From the NCBI GenBank assembly GCA_963924565.1, contig OZ004607.1, positions 33,232,001-33,296,000 of the forward strand: DNA of 64,000 nucleotides. Reading direction: 5' to 3'. Made by a program: the position numbers and the translations under genes. Below, one piece after another: positions 24,601-33,200 of the stretch; position 1 is the stretch's first letter, and each line of letters opens with the position of its first letter. The notes beneath the pieces are model-generated. The model was given only the letters and a program-made list of their open reading frames with translations. It was not told the origin of the DNA and did no database searches. Source of the stretch: Ascidiella aspersa (Eukaryota).

Positions 24601-27211
24601 AATTTGGGGCCCACTATTGTAAAAATAGACGTGCTATTAATCTTTATGGACAAGATTCGTGTTTAAAACCCACTCTTATCACCAACTGACCTTTCCTTGA
24701 CCTCTGGGCAGTGCGGCGAGATGACGTCACTGCAGGCGCGCAAGATGGAGGCGGAGAGCGTGACGTCACAGGTGGAGCAGGCGGCCGAGAAGCAGCTGCA
24801 GACGCTTGCGAGCAGAAGTGAACAGGCCCTCGACAAACTCAAGGCCAAGCTGGAAAGGTGCGAAGAAAGAATCGGCGAGTTCAACACTTTCGTCAAGGTG
24901 AGTTTTTGGCGCTTTTACGAATAACTTTTAAAGTTTTCGTATTTAAGAGTCGAGATTTTACGTTGTATTTTTTAAAGATTTCACTTGGTGCCAAAATAGG
25001 TTTATTGTATGGAAAGACTTGACGAGTTCAACCCTTCTTGTGAAGGTGAGTTTTTGGCGTTTTTACCAAAAAACTTTCAAAGTTTTCTAATCTAAGAATC
25101 GAGATTTTATACGCTGTGTTGCTGAAAGCTGTCACGCTACTGTAGATTTCTGATCTAAAACAACGATCCAATAGTGTTTTTTTGCAAACAGCTTTAAGCG
25201 TTTTGCGCAAGCTTGGGCTGTCAAATAAATTTCCCCTCGGATTTTATGTGCGTTAATTTGACAATTTACTGCCTAGAGTTTGCCTCATTAGGAATGTACA
25301 AAAGCAAGTACAGCAATGGTACTGTCATATTTTTGCACGAAAGCTTGAACATGTTAAGAACTTATGAAATGGGGTCACCGCTCATTAAAAAAATATCATT
25401 TTTGTCTAAAAACCTTACTTTAATTTTAATCTTTTCTCGTTTCAGAGCCTTTGCGGGAACCTCTTGGACCTGATCCAGCGTCAGAGAGATTCCTTCTTTA
25501 AAGAGAAAAGTTCGCGGCTGGAAACAAGGTACTTTTACTTGAAATATAGCAACGTTTTGTCATAACTTGCCAATAATCCTGACTTAATATTGAAAGAACG
25601 AAAGTTATAACAAAAAACTTTTAGTGCAAACAAAGCGAAAACGAACTTCAAACGGCCGGTATTCTTTAGGTGTAACTATAAGGATGTTTATTGAAATTGG
25701 CTAAATTAGTACACACGGCGTCAACAGCAGTAAAGCGTTCATTTTATTGCTTTGAGAGAAACATTTTTTTTAAATAAACTTAAAATATGACGTCACGCAT
25801 GTTACGTCATAAATCTTGGCAGTCAGACCACAGAACAAAATACCAATAACAACGCGTTTAATGTTTTCCTGCAGGTTTTCAAAGTTTTTCCAAACTGTAA
25901 ACATGCCGTCACGTGTTTACGTCATAGTGACGTCATGAATCTTGACAGTTAGACCGTGTTACTACACTATCAACAACGCGTTTAATAGTTTCTAGTTTTG
26001 TTGCCAAACTAAAAAAAACATGACGTCACCTTTTTTTCCTTAACAGTGACGTCACCGACCCGAGCGCGCCGTCGTCGCTGAGTCGCGCGCAGACGGTGGC
26101 GTGCAACATCCTCAACATCTCGAAGTCGGACTTCGAGGATCTGATGGCTCCCGTGGATTCGGTGAGGAGAAGGAGGCAAGAGGAAAGGGGGGGTTGGGAA
26201 GAGGAGAAGATTCTCGCATCCAAAAGCGATCAGAGCTGGAGGAACAAGGTGGAGAAGATAGCATCCGAGAATGTGAGTGGCTTGCTTTGTGGGTGTTTAA
26301 TGACAGATACGGTAAAAACAGAGCAATGTTAGAGCCTATACCCGATGACAGCAATACAATTACAATGCAAATATTTTAAAAACCTGATGTGCTAGAAAAA
26401 ATAGGAGGGCATTTTCAGAATCAGCGCCGAAAACACTTCAAGAACCAGTCTATCACATCTCCGTTTAAAATTTGCTGTTGACCAGTGTAATTAACAGTTT
26501 AGTTAACCTTTGACTGTTTTCTATTTACCTTTGCGAGTAAAAATCACTGTGTCGGGTCGCCAATCACCCTGGGATCGGAAAGTCCATAATACTAGCACCT
26601 TGGACCGGATATCCACGGTTCGGTGTTTTTGAACAACTAGTTATCAAAGTAACAGTTCATGTGCGGTGATGTTATGATACAAGTGCCTTTAGGCTTCTCA
26701 GTCATGTCCCAAAATTTCTTTTCTAATTCTGGTTGTCTGAGAAAAACTATTTTGTCACAAAAAACTTATAACCATTGTAGATCGATTATTCTTTCGCTAG
26801 TGTTGTTTTTACTATTGAGAAATGTTTGTATAATTTTGACGAATTATCCCATAATCTTTAAAGCCAATAAGGTAAGAAACAGGAATCCAAAAAACACATT
26901 TCCAAAAGTTTTACGACTTGCTTGTGTGGTTTAACTCTAGTTCTAATCTACTTCGGATTTTACCAAAAATGCTTCTTTCTCCAACGCATTTATAATCTCT
27001 CTCAGTCGAAACAAATAATTGAAGTTAATACAGTAAGGTCGGTACTTGTAGGCGATTTTACATTTTGAAAACTGTTTAAACGCAGCCTCCGTTCGCCAAG
27101 TCCCTGTGCCGACTTCTCTGGGACAAAATGCAGGACGCCGTGAAGCTAACAGAGGACAAGTGGCGACTGCAGACCGAACACCTCGAGCAGCAGCTCGTCA
27201 AAAAGACGTGA
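3521..27211 (+). CDS. CNTLN: Centlein-like coiled-coil centrosomal protein, 5'-partial, 24 exons
   Basis: join(3521-3685,4639-4742,5745-5871,7599-7690,8892-8961,9681-9800,10614-10690,11078-11260,12136-12275,13359-13509,13879-14097,15093-15258,15866-16094,17563-17613,18129-18280,18878-18958,19678-19824,20724-20830,21392-21491,22675-22830,24712-24897,25446-25528,26047-26272,27086-27211). All introns GT-AG, phases consistent, 3258 nt ending in TGA. Motifs recalled as centlein-like: VWNDLVYYKQQNKNL..WSLEEELDNLRVQATVDRATIQDLN; RLERDVTAKRQLIEEM; KEKARYETMYNKSREELDK; ACNILNISKSDFEDL. Confidence 0.88.
3746..4016. repeat. Foldback MITE-like element with tandem palindromic TGTGCGCACA motifs
   Basis: Several AATGTGCGCACATT-like units between imperfect terminal inverted repeats. 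Confidence 0.7.
4639..4742 (+). CDS. CNTLN: Centlein-like exon (LQELHKSTQKVL...MYNEIA)
   Basis: ttggcag| ... ag|gtaagg, phase 0-2. Confidence 0.82.
4839..4970 (-). mobile_element. Solo degenerate copy of the family A hammerhead-bearing element
   Basis: Homologous to the reverse complement of 7167-7295, including the tail. Confidence 0.7.
5745..5871 (+). CDS. CNTLN: Centlein-like exon (EYQQVKQENSDLK...RRER)
   Basis: ttcacag| ... cgg|gtaaat, phase 2-0. Confidence 0.82.
5897..6182. mobile_element. hAT MITE
   Basis: TIR CAGTGGTTCTCAA/TTGAGAATCACTG; TSD ggcgaagc/ggctaagc. Confidence 0.82.
6407..6444 (+). ncRNA. Hammerhead family B solo copy with U4>A core mutation
   Basis: CTGAC-CAGATGA-agcacggttgtgc-GAAAG-CTC^-GTCAG; flank 6450-6510 is homologous to the reverse complement of 8997-9060. 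Confidence 0.6.
6597..6959. mobile_element. hAT MITE, TAGGGATGTCCG family with CCGATAC subterminal repeats
   Basis: TAGGTATGTCCG...CGGACATCCCTA; TSD gttcgcaa/attcacaa; relatives at about 12980-13080, 24490-24585, 41887-42212, 56079-56185 and 60235-60590. Confidence 0.78.
7106..7147 (-). ncRNA. Hammerhead family A, inverted copy with core mutation (GAAA>GCAA)
   Basis: Reverse complement reads attaa-CTGAAGA-tgatacaagttcgtatc-GCAAC-GTA-ttaaa. Confidence 0.6.
7167..7208 (+). ncRNA. Minimal type-I hammerhead ribozyme, family A, intact core
   Basis: ATTAA-CTGAAGA-T-GATAC-aagttc-GTATC-GAAAC-GTC^-TTAAT: stem I 5 bp, stem II 5 bp, palindromic ACGT stem III, GUC cleavage triplet. Confidence 0.8.
7599..7690 (+). 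CDS. CNTLN: Centlein-like exon (IYDYSDLEDQL...DNSR)
   Basis: tttgtcag| ... ag|gtgaga, phase 0-2. Confidence 0.8.
8892..8961 (+). CDS. CNTLN: Centlein-like exon (RSDSPYGQD...VQQN)
   Basis: ctattcag| ... aac|gtaagt, phase 2-0; needed to keep the frame. Confidence 0.72.
9072..9102 (-). ncRNA. Hammerhead family B, inverted copy lacking the cleavage triplet and 3' stem I
   Basis: Reverse complement reads ttgac-CTGATGA-agcatggttgtgc-GAAAGC, then a deletion. Confidence 0.55.
9144..9181 (+). ncRNA. Minimal type-I hammerhead ribozyme, family B, intact core
   Basis: TTGAC-CTGATGA-a-GCatggttgcGC-GAAAG-CTT^-GTCGA; palindromic AAGCTT stem III. Confidence 0.72.
9681..9800 (+). CDS. CNTLN: Centlein-like exon (AVRSRSYSP...LLDLK)
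   Basis: ccttcaag| ... aag|gtttgc, phase 0-0. Confidence 0.82.
9842..10142. mobile_element. hAT MITE with an internal tandem duplication
   Basis: CAGTGTTTC...GGTTGAGAACCACT; accgtagagtgagagtgccgtggcaccccggttgag occurs twice. Confidence 0.72.
10614..10690 (+). CDS. CNTLN: Centlein-like exon (RDEVNEIQQAHNRRLERL...)
   Basis: tgtgcag| ... aa|gtaagt, phase 0-2. Confidence 0.85.
10893..10930 (+). ncRNA. Degenerate hammerhead-like motif
   Basis: ata-CTGACGA-t-GCC-cttttt-GGT-GAAA-tata...; the stem III and cleavage region merge into a (TA)n tract. Confidence 0.35.
11078..11260 (+). CDS. CNTLN: Centlein-like exon (...ETVWNDLVYYKQQNKNLAQD)
   Basis: actatag| ... aa|gtgatt, phase 2-2; contains the VWNxLxY motif. 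Confidence 0.87.
11776..12045. repeat. Three tandem units (about 90 bp) of a dispersed repeat
   Basis: ggttgtagtaagacg...aagaatatcaaagcccatacagaagt unit; other copies at about 13143-13230, 38385-38470 and 56296-56405. Confidence 0.75.
12136..12275 (+). CDS. CNTLN: Centlein-like exon (WSLEEELDNLRVQ...)
   Basis: ttctccag| ... g|gtaaga, phase 2-1. Confidence 0.87.
13359..13509 (+). CDS. CNTLN: Centlein-like exon (RRSSTPKKG...MQEDN)
   Basis: tacttaag| ... ag|gtgctt, phase 1-2. Confidence 0.8.
13879..14097 (+). CDS. CNTLN: Centlein-like exon (TLKSDIKSLKRE...ENASL)
   Basis: actcacag| ... ag|gtaatt, phase 2-2; heptad coiled coil. Confidence 0.83.
14398..15000 (-). mobile_element. Second copy of the tRNA-like cassette (loop CCGCAAT), split by a hAT MITE
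   Basis: Reverse complements of 14398-14488 and 14937-15000 together align to 20875-21005. Confidence 0.7.
14489..14936. mobile_element. hAT-type MITE nested in the tRNA-like repeat
   Basis: TIR CAGTGGTCGGCAAAC/GTTTGCCGACCACTG; 8-bp TSD ccctacag/cgctacag. Confidence 0.88.
15093..15258 (+). CDS. CNTLN: Centlein-like exon (SENSDLRQD...AAKK)
   Basis: ctcttcag| ... aag|gtacgt, phase 2-0. Confidence 0.83.
15866..16094 (+). CDS. CNTLN: Centlein-like exon (HQKFLNKSIGEMRDAF...)
   Basis: catttag| ... g|gtgcgt, phase 0-1. Confidence 0.82.
16234..16558. mobile_element. Charlie-like hAT MITE
   Basis: CAGGGACCAGGAACC/GGTTCCCGACCATTG; TSD atctactg/atctacta; partial relative at about 15307-15640. Confidence 0.8.
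17563..17613 (+). CDS. CNTLN: Centlein-like small exon (DEDADEDETMVDAPLHT)
   Basis: ttttttag| ... g|gtgcga, phase 1-1 (can be skipped in frame). Confidence 0.7.
18129..18280 (+). CDS. CNTLN: Centlein-like exon (...SLKHRLASLQTQCQSL...)
   Basis: gttacag| ... agg|gtaagt, phase 1-0. Confidence 0.83.
18655..18679. repeat. (AAT)n microsatellite, possibly a retroposon tail
   Basis: About 8 AAT units; adjacent 18760-18835 resembles 21805-21910. Confidence 0.75.
18878..18958 (+). CDS. CNTLN: Centlein-like exon (LNDEKEK...KSSKQ)
   Basis: tttacag| ... cag|gtattt, phase 0-0. Confidence 0.82.
19678..19824 (+). CDS. CNTLN: Centlein-like exon (QIQRLSRE...DSKLK)
   Basis: gctttag| ... aag|gtaagg, phase 0-0. 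Confidence 0.82.
20724..20830 (+). CDS. CNTLN: Centlein-like exon (MANSESVRL...ERIN)
   Basis: tctatag| ... ag|gtaagc, phase 0-2. Confidence 0.83.
20917..20992 (+). pseudogene. tRNA-like cassette (pseudo-tRNA or tRNA-derived repeat), loop CCGGTAT
   Basis: A box TGGCTCAGTTGG, D stem GCTC/GAGC, anticodon stem CGGTC/GACCG, T arm GTGAG-TTCGAAT-CTCAC, T5 at 20997-21001; lacks U33. Confidence 0.7.
21392..21491 (+). CDS. CNTLN: Centlein-like exon (LERDVTAKRQLIEEM...)
   Basis: ttcgtag| ... cag|gtgtgt, phase 2-0. Confidence 0.85.
22040..22680 (+). repeat. Degenerate tandem repeat (about 120-190 bp units) ending at an exon acceptor
   Basis: Recurring tgaa(c/t)ttaatcag...ttttcaaccactgat...ccatttttgcc and cagatc(a/g)ag motifs. 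Confidence 0.75.
22675..22830 (+). CDS. CNTLN: Centlein-like exon (IELEER...KEKARYETMYNKSREELDKR)
   Basis: ggttcag| ... cgg|gtgagt, phase 0-0. Confidence 0.86.
23259..23512. mobile_element. Long foldback MITE (about 115-bp arms)
   Basis: CGTCACGCTCATAACCAAATTGCCTAAGTCATTTTTT ... AAAAAATGACTTAGGCAATTTGGTTATGAGCGTGACG. Confidence 0.85.
23829..24142. mobile_element. hAT MITE
   Basis: CAGGGGTTCTT...AAAACCCCATG; exact TSD taatacag. Confidence 0.85.
24712..24897 (+). CDS. CNTLN: Centlein-like exon (CGEMTSLQ...EFNTFVK)
   Basis: tgggcag| ... aag|gtgagt, phase 0-0. Confidence 0.85.
25446..25528 (+). CDS. CNTLN: Centlein-like exon (SLCGNLLDL...LET)
   Basis: gtttcag| ... ag|gtactt, phase 0-2. Confidence 0.8.
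26047..26272 (+). CDS. CNTLN: Centlein-like exon (...SLSRAQTVACNILNISKSDFEDL...SEN)
   Basis: cttaacag| ... aat|gtgagt, phase 2-0. Confidence 0.83.
27086..27211 (+). CDS. CNTLN: Centlein-like terminal exon (PPFAKSLCRLLWDKM...VKKT*)
   Basis: aacgcag| ... TGA at 27209-27211. Confidence 0.83.
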   Translation, partial: PPFAKSLCRLLWDKMQDAVKLTEDKWRLQTEHLEQQLVKKT

Positions 27212-30200
27212 CGTCACCATCCATGACGTCATCGTATGGAGGAACGCTCGACCTGAGAGTTACCGGTCCGACGAAAAGGGTGTTTTCAGTATATGTTAAG
27301 TCTTTTTATGCATTTCGAAGCGTTAAAACGTTGTTCCGTTGTGCGTTACTGAACAATGTTGTTTAAATGCTACTACCAGGCGCGGATGTGGGATTTTCAT
27401 TTTTTTGAGACTGTTTTTCTAATTCACAACAGGACGTCACAAAGAAGTAACTTGAAAATCACCACACCGTTTTCGTTCGTTTATTTATGTTATAGGTTGG
27501 AGATTTTTTACAAAATAACTAACCCCTTATATCGTTGAATTTTTCCGAAGCTATGATTTTCAATGGGGCGTTGAGTAGCACAACATTTTGGGGCAAAAAC
27601 CATTTACAAAACAGGCTTAGACATACTAGAAGCGAAATTGAGATTCAATTTTTTCATTCACGTAGTTAACAAAGAGCAAAAAAAAAATTGCACCAACAAG
27701 TTTTGACGGCGCATATTTTTATTAACCAGTAGAGTTTTTTAATTATACGGTGCACGAAATTATAATGACCACCATTTTTTACAAGCTTATTCTTTGTTGT
27801 TGTTTTTTTTGTAAAGTTTAAATAGCGTTCGTGGAGACAATTAGTAGCTTCTCTGGCTGTTTTACAAACTACATATTGTTGTATATCGCTATACATGACA
27901 TGCCATATAATATTCGTGATAACGAATGGCAGCCGATTTTAGATTGTAACAAAATTCGCAAACGGCAAATAAACAATTGAGGCCAAAACTAAGCTTCTTT
28001 GCGCCAAAATAATTTAGAAACTAAGACATAATACACAATTATTCCACTATGTAATTGATAATTAAGTATCGGAAATATCTACCTATTGTTTACCTTATCA
28101 GTGTCGTGTAGGCGTGTATTTATCAACTTAACAAACAGATCGTAACCTCTACATGCCGCTGTACCTTATTCTAGTTTTTTTCGCTTGTAAAAATACACTG
28201 TTAGACCTATTTTGCGTTTATATAATCGTATGCAAAAACACGTTTAACGCACACCCACCACTGAAAGGATCAACGTGATAAAAACGCAAAACAGTGACGG
28301 GCTAGATTTTCATAAAAATACAAGCTAGACCTACTGCTTTATGAATTTGCCTGAGGTAAAACAAATTTAAGATACAACACCATCGGTAGCAATACTGAAA
28401 TTTTGTTTGGTCATACAACATAATATAAAATAATTCGGTTAAAATATATACACTTAATTCTTAGACTACACAAGTTTTATCATCGGTTAGCAGTTCCTAT
28501 ATAGTTGTTGCTATATTTTAAACAATTCATTGCAAAAACACCCATGTTTATTAGTTTTTCGATGCAACACGCGTAGAATATATCTTCTATACATCTTTGC
28601 TCGCTAACCATCGTGTATTTTCACTGTTCTACGGTAGTTGTAGTTCCATCTATTCACCTGTTTATTACTTTGCTGTCGGTTACTTACGTGTTAATAAAAA
28701 AACTTTAAGATGCAGCTGATGCGTTGTGTTGAAAGATCAAAGGAGGGAATGACATTCTTTCTCAAATCACCTGACAATTCGAAATAGGAAGGTATAGTAA
28801 TGTTGTAAACAAGTCATTTTGAAATGACTTCATTCAGAGCTCCAGACAAAGTCAATTAGAGCAAGTCCTGTGAGAACAAATAAACGATAAAACTATTACA
28901 ATTGGCAAACTCGCACGATTATAAACAATAACTCAGCTAAAAAATAACAAAAACGCGAAAAATAGTAAGCTAATATTTCTACGTGCATAAAGGGATAAAA
29001 AAACACTTTATTTCAACCCAAGTCATTTGTCCGAAGGACTTCAATGAGTCATTACAACAGTAAGGCATGAGTTTTCGTTTTTGTAGCGCTTGTAATGTTT
29101 TTGATGTACAATATATTGGTGCTCAAAGCACGATTTGTATATATACCACTAATGTGTACGCTTATGATAAAAATTGTTATGTTATACAAGTAGGGATTTG
29201 CATCCACCTATAATTTGTGCATTTCAGCCATCATTTTCTATCCAACGCAACGTTATACTTTAAAAAACAGAATTTATGACTAAATTGTGAATTAACAGCA
29301 GCAAGCATTTTAACATTTCAACACTGAAACAAATTTTGTCTGAATAAACGGAAACTATTACAGGAGGAATACTATATTTACTCAATATCGTTATGTTGGA
29401 GTTATGACGTCATGGAATTATCATTTCGCCCAAATTTCCGCTAATTGGTATCGCAATACCAAGTATCCGTCATCCCTGTACTGTAGGCTATAGTTTAATT
29501 TGCTTCAAATTTAGTTTATTGGCTATTGACTCCGTTATACAGTACGGTAGCCAATGTTGCTACAACATTGCGTTATTGTTTAGTCATGCTAAGAGTTGAC
29601 AAACATTTAATTTTGAGGTCATACAATAACCACAGCACTATATATAATCTTAGATTTAAAGATTAACTCCTTAAATCACAAAGGCTTGCATACGTCGAAA
29701 CTTACGGTAAGCAAGAGACTTTTTAAAAGAGAATTTTAATGAATGAATATAACTGAAACAAAAAATACACAGACGAGCAATATTGCAGGTGGTTCAAGGT
29801 TGGTATCGATCGTTTGCATTTTTCACTGGTGTTGTCTCTTTTAATAGAGTTTGTTAATTCTAAAAAACGGACTTTCGATCGAAAATGCAACTTTAACCAA
29901 TTCATCCACAAGCAAAATCTTTCTGTTTGATGTGGAATAACCGTGTTATCTAATCTATTAATACCCTATTATACATAAGCAGCTATTTAGTGTAGACTTG
30001 AATTATTTATAAATGTAGCCAAATGTTAAACCTAAATGAAAACAGTTGTTAACTACCTGACATAGAATAAAAACGTTACGAATAAAAGGTATGATAAGAC
30101 TGTAACCAAACAAACTTCAAAATGCAAACTAATTTAACTTGTAAAGCTTAACTGAAATAGTCTAATTAATATCAAAACTCTTTTCAGTTGTTCAAAGTTT

Positions 30201-33200
30201 TCTTACCTTCACTAGAGTAGACCTAATCAAGCTTGTAACTGACACACCTTTTCCTAATGATTGGAGCAGCTCAGTTTTATTTCGCAGTACTTTTGTGGCC
30301 AATTATTCTGCATTCCAAAACGCCTTAAGCACCGTTCAACCAATTAGCCCTAACTACGATTTAGGGCTTTATTGTTGTGGCCAATTGATTTTCCTTGTTT
30401 TATGAAGAAATGACTACAAGACAAGACAACTAGGGTGGATCCAAAAGGGATACGTTCCCCACTCGAAAAAATAGTAGGTGTTTCAGCCTATAGGTTTAAA
30501 ATCAAAGTTCCGCACGAAATTCTGTTTCTAATATATCTTAGCCATTTTTGATAAAAATGTTTTAGCCGAGATACTAAAAAATTTAAAAACCGCCGGTTTA
30601 AAAAATGTAAAAAAGTTTTCAAAACGCAGGGTTTGAATTTATTTTCCTACCAATGTTATTTCGATCCCTGCGGTCCTTATTATTATTACAAATCTCATCA
30701 AATTAAGTTTCAAACAAACCCTGTTTTACTTTACCAATTATAAACTTTAAACGTAGTGCACTATTATGACGTCACAAACAGTGACGCGCGAAAGGAGTTC
30801 TTACGAGCGCCATCTTGTGATTAAAATTGTGCTTTGTATGGCGATTCGTTGTGCGTCTTATCGCATCCTCGAAAACGAAAGTTTGTCCATTTAAACTATA
30901 CAAAGGCTCGTTGCACGCGAGTGTTTTCCGTCGTTTTACAATAAAAACTACGTCACGTTTTGCGTAACTTGTGACGTTACGTTTTGCAACGTTATCGCTG
31001 AAAATGTTCTCGTGGCCCATCAGACAAAATCAAGATCCGCCCCATGCAAGCCATAGTAACAAACCGCTGTCCCGAAAATGTTACCCATTTTTGTGTCGCC
31101 CTATAAGTGTGTGACGGCAAATGAATGATAAAATGCCTATAAATAGGTCGCATATATAGTGATTATTTTATGTTCCCTATTAGTGATGTCATACTATGAC
31201 GATATTTCTTCTGTTTTACTGCAGCCACCTTGTTATTTTTGGTCAATAATTTCCTTGCCACGGGTGCCGATTTTTTAAATTAACTTGCAAAGACACCCGG
31301 TGTAAATTTGTTAGATTAAATCTGGGCCAAAAAAGTAACTTAAAAACCACGTTGCTTGTTAAAGAACGGCATCAAATCATTTATTACACCTCTTATTGTC
31401 GGTCAAACCCTGATCTGTAAGCTTTATTTGTGGCTAAAACATAATTTTTGACGTCACGGTTTTCCGAATGGAATCGCCAAAAATCATTAAAAAAACCTGA
31501 TATTGAAAAAGTTGTTATTACTGTAAGCAGTGTTGTAAACCAGTCATTTCGAAATAACTTTAAGCCCAGTTAAGTCATTTGTAAAACAGCTTAAGTCCAA
31601 GTCGAGAGATTTGTCCGGAGTTTCACAAGAATCGTGCTTTGTTTGTTTCCAATAAACGTATTTCATTGTGTTTTTTTGCGCATTTTAATAGTCATCGAAC
31701 GGAAAACAAACAAGCTAAAACCATTCAGACCTCAATCCGCGGCAAGCTCAGGTCTATATATAGCCATATAAGTCGAAAAAACAAACAACCTTGAAATACC
31801 CAACACTTCAGCAGCAGTTCAAACAAGTCCATAAGCATATAACACATTCCCAACAACAGGCGTCAACGCGGCAGCCATTTGCGGAGCGCAGCGGCGCGCG
31901 TGCCTTGTTCTCGACGGAAGAGAGATGGCGTTATCTCGACACCCTATAGCCTCTCCAAAAACGCTTTCATCTTTCTCCGAGATGCGATCTTTTGTCTGCT
32001 CACGTGTTCGATTTGCCAAGCACCAGAGTCGTGCGTCGCGTCAACAGATCTCGACTGATCGATTCGCCTCGAAGTCATGAGATTAAAAGCGACTTCTTGA
32101 ATCGTCTTCGCCTCCTCGTTTTAGATTCCTTCTCTTGTGTATTTGCTTTACTGTCAGGTGCCAGCCGGTTGGCCTTTCTCGCCGTGTGTAATTTACAGGG
32201 CGCGGCGCGTGTTAGTTTATCTACGGCAGGTTTTTTTAACCCAGACCCGAAAAATGTTGTGGTCGCGTGTGCCAGAGTCTGCATATAAGTCAAAAGATGA
32301 CGTTATACAACAAGTGAACCTAAAAAAGCTTTTTTCGGCCAAACTTGTCCAGGGTCTGCATATAAACTCAAATATGAAAACGGCAATAAAGTCAAAATTC
32401 ATCCAAGGAGAAGAGGGTAAAGAGTTTCTTTGTATTAAACTCTGTTGATTTGAAAAATATAGTTCGTTGTTAAATAATACGTTTAGATTTTGACTAGGAC
32501 AAATGTCCTACACAAGCATTTTTAACACTAGAAGGCTTCTCTAAATTTACAGTCTTCCTCGGAAAAAATGGACTAATCCTGTAATTTGCCAGCCGTGATA
32601 AGAACAACCCTCTGCACACGTATTTATTTAATCTAAAAACTACGGGTAAAATGTAACGTATTGTCAAACAACACATTCCAAGACTTAAAGTGGATCTGCA
32701 AACTTTCGAACCTTTCGTTTCGAACCTAAGCACAAACGCTCTTTGAAACAACAACACGCCAAGTCCAAATAAACAAGAAAGGGCTGTGAGAAAATCCGTT
32801 CGCAAAATCAAGCCGGAAAATGTTCGTTGTAGCGGTTTAAAGTATCGAGTTGTGTCGATAGAGTCTTGGCAACTCCGAAGGCCTCGAGCCGTATACAGAG
32901 CCACATAGCAGCCGGTCGACTGAATAAATAAGTCTGTGATGGATGGAGGCGACGCGTCAGACCGGAGGAAACTTGAAACGACTTGTTCCCGAAAGCGGAC
33001 CGATTTTATCTGATGTAGAATGATCGAGCCGCGCTTACAACGGGGCGATCAAAAAACTTCGGCTTTCTGGCTCCATTTTGCGGCGTGTATTACTATAATG
33101 CGAGCAGTGGTAAAGTGGTGAAGTTTGAAGGGAGCTTTTATATTTTCCCCCAAAAAAGTTTACTCATATCCGGAATATGTATTTCTCCACAGGCGATAAA

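Noticed and set aside
26033-26046. TTCCTTAAC U12-like branch motif
   Set aside because: It abuts the AG (too close for a U12 branch) and the donor GTACTT is not U12-type; it is part of a normal pyrimidine tract.
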